NCBI GenBank assembly: GCA_964588925.1
Contig: CAZPTI010000001.1
Span: forward strand, 26,933-90,932
From: an uncultured Anaerolineales bacterium
GTDB taxonomy: Bacteria; Chloroflexota; Anaerolineae; CG2-30-64-16
Length of the DNA: 64,000 nt
Direction: 5' to 3'
Shown here: piece by piece, positions 63,098 to 64,000 of the stretch
How positions within the stretch are numbered: the first letter of the stretch is position 1
How the letters are laid out: each line of letters begins with the position of its first letter
Translations under genes and position numbers: made by a program
The notes under the pieces: generated by a model
What the model was told of the DNA's origin: nothing
Database searches by the model: none
The model's input: only the letters and a program-made list of their open reading frames with translations

Positions 63098-64000
63098 CTA
63101 GCGCAAGTTTGTCGAAGTCCCCTCGCCCTGCCGTCGTCGGCGATCAAGGACCAACAGGCCAGCTATGCCAAGCAGGCCCAGTGCGGAGAGAAGCGCACCC
63201 ACAACGCGCGCGGGTGTCGTCCCAAATACCAGCCTGACCTCGTGAGTCCCCGCGGGCAGCTCCAGCGCGATCAGCCCGTTTAGACCTTCCGGTCTAATCT
63301 CAGCGGGCTGCCCGTCCACCGTCGCGCGCCAGCCGGGAAAGTAGTAGTTGTAGAACAGGAGCCTTACCGGCCCGTCGGCTTCCACGCGCGCAGTCGCATG
63401 CAGCGCGCCGGATTCTTGCCCCGTAATCTTTCCGGGTCCCGACAGAATCGCCGCCTTTTGCAGCGGCTGCCCGGCGAGATATTGCGCGATCAGCGGTGAG
63501 TCCGCATCAGCAGGGGGTCGCTCGCCCCAGCGCGTCATCCCGCGCATGTCGGGAAACGCCATCTCGAAATCCAACACCGCGAGCGAGCTTTCGTCCTGCG
63601 GCCGGAGCGGAATAATTTCTGGCCGCGTGTATGCCAGACTCGTGACAATAATCGCAAGTCCAATGACGTAAACGAAGGGACTGCCGTTTCGATACGGCTT
63701 ACCCGTCGTTTGGTCCAAAACGGCGGCGCCCAAACCCGCAAAAAGCGATAGCGTAAACGCGGAGATTGCCAGCAGCCGCCACGGGAACTGAATGAGGTCG
63801 ACCAGCGGCAAGGCATCCCACACCGCAGCTGAGAGCGGAAGCATCATGAACACCGCGAATGCGGTCAGAAGCAGGAGAAAGCCGAAAATCAGCCGTGGCA
63901 CAGCCGCGCGCCGCAGCAGGAGCGCGCCCGCGCCGACCGCTGCCAGCAAGAACACGACAACGCCCACCTGGAAGCTCATCCCGTCGTTCGGCCCGGCGAC
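63098..64000 (-). CDS. GT-C type membrane protein (YfhO/ArnT-like), C-terminal part; 5' end lies outside the window
   Basis: The reading frame stays open to the window edge (VAGPNDG precedes the ORF-track Met). It has TM helices, then YYFPGWRATVDGQPAEIRPEGLNGLIALELPAGTHEVRLVF, typical of YfhO-like C-termini, and a final TM helix. Confidence 0.55.
   Translation of the reverse strand, partial: VAGPNDGMSFQVGVVVFLLAAVGAGALLLRRAAVPRLIFGFLLLLTAFAVFMMLPLSAAVWDALPLVDLIQFPWRLLAISAFTLSLFAGLGAAVLDQTTGKPYRNGSPFVYVIGLAIIVTSLAYTRPEIIPLRPQDESSLAVLDFEMAFPDMRGMTRWGERPPADADSPLIAQYLAGQPLQKAAILSGPGKITGQESGALHATARVEADGPVRLLFYNYYFPGWRATVDGQPAEIRPEGLNGLIALELPAGTHEVRLVFGTTPARVVGALLSALGLLGIAGLLVLDRRRRQGEGTSTNLR

Overview
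High-GC (~65%) bacterial chromosomal segment. The gene content suggests a Chloroflexota-like organism: a bacterial Elp3, lamin-tail-domain and Pro/Thr-linker exoproteins, and recurrent TGCTATAAT promoters. This placement is inference only. All calls rest on reading motifs in the ORF translations and the DNA; no database search was possible. I support about 57 protein genes and one tRNA-Leu(CAA). I found no rRNA, CRISPR array, transposase or integrase. Most of the window is housekeeping: korAB-type 2-oxoacid:ferredoxin oxidoreductase, murJ, lexA, rsmI, rpsU, infA, rpoD, tyrA, mutM, and a MoxR/DUF58/DUF4129 operon. Many ORF-track starts were corrected using Shine-Dalgarno spacing and start/stop overlaps. 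Most interesting observations: (1) an Rdx/SelW-like gene missed by plain ORF calling, with an in-frame UGA in a CxxU motif and a SECIS-like hairpin (58720-58974); (2) a bacterial Elp3 whose start codon overlaps, divergently, that of a Trm9-like methyltransferase (59445-61917), suggesting an mcm5U-type tRNA pathway; (3) a translationally coupled module of an M29-like protein, a P-loop ATPase and a degenerate-NTPase/GAF/PP2C phosphatase (21316-27104), sitting behind a C-terminally truncated GT4 gene; (4) two adjacent membrane proteins sharing an unassigned C-terminal ectodomain, one of them with two cytoplasmic cNMP-binding domains (41070-44271); (5) a VapC toxin gene with TGA at a conserved Trp codon; (6) a textbook autoregulated lexA promoter with the SOS box in its spacer; and several structured or repeated non-coding elements.
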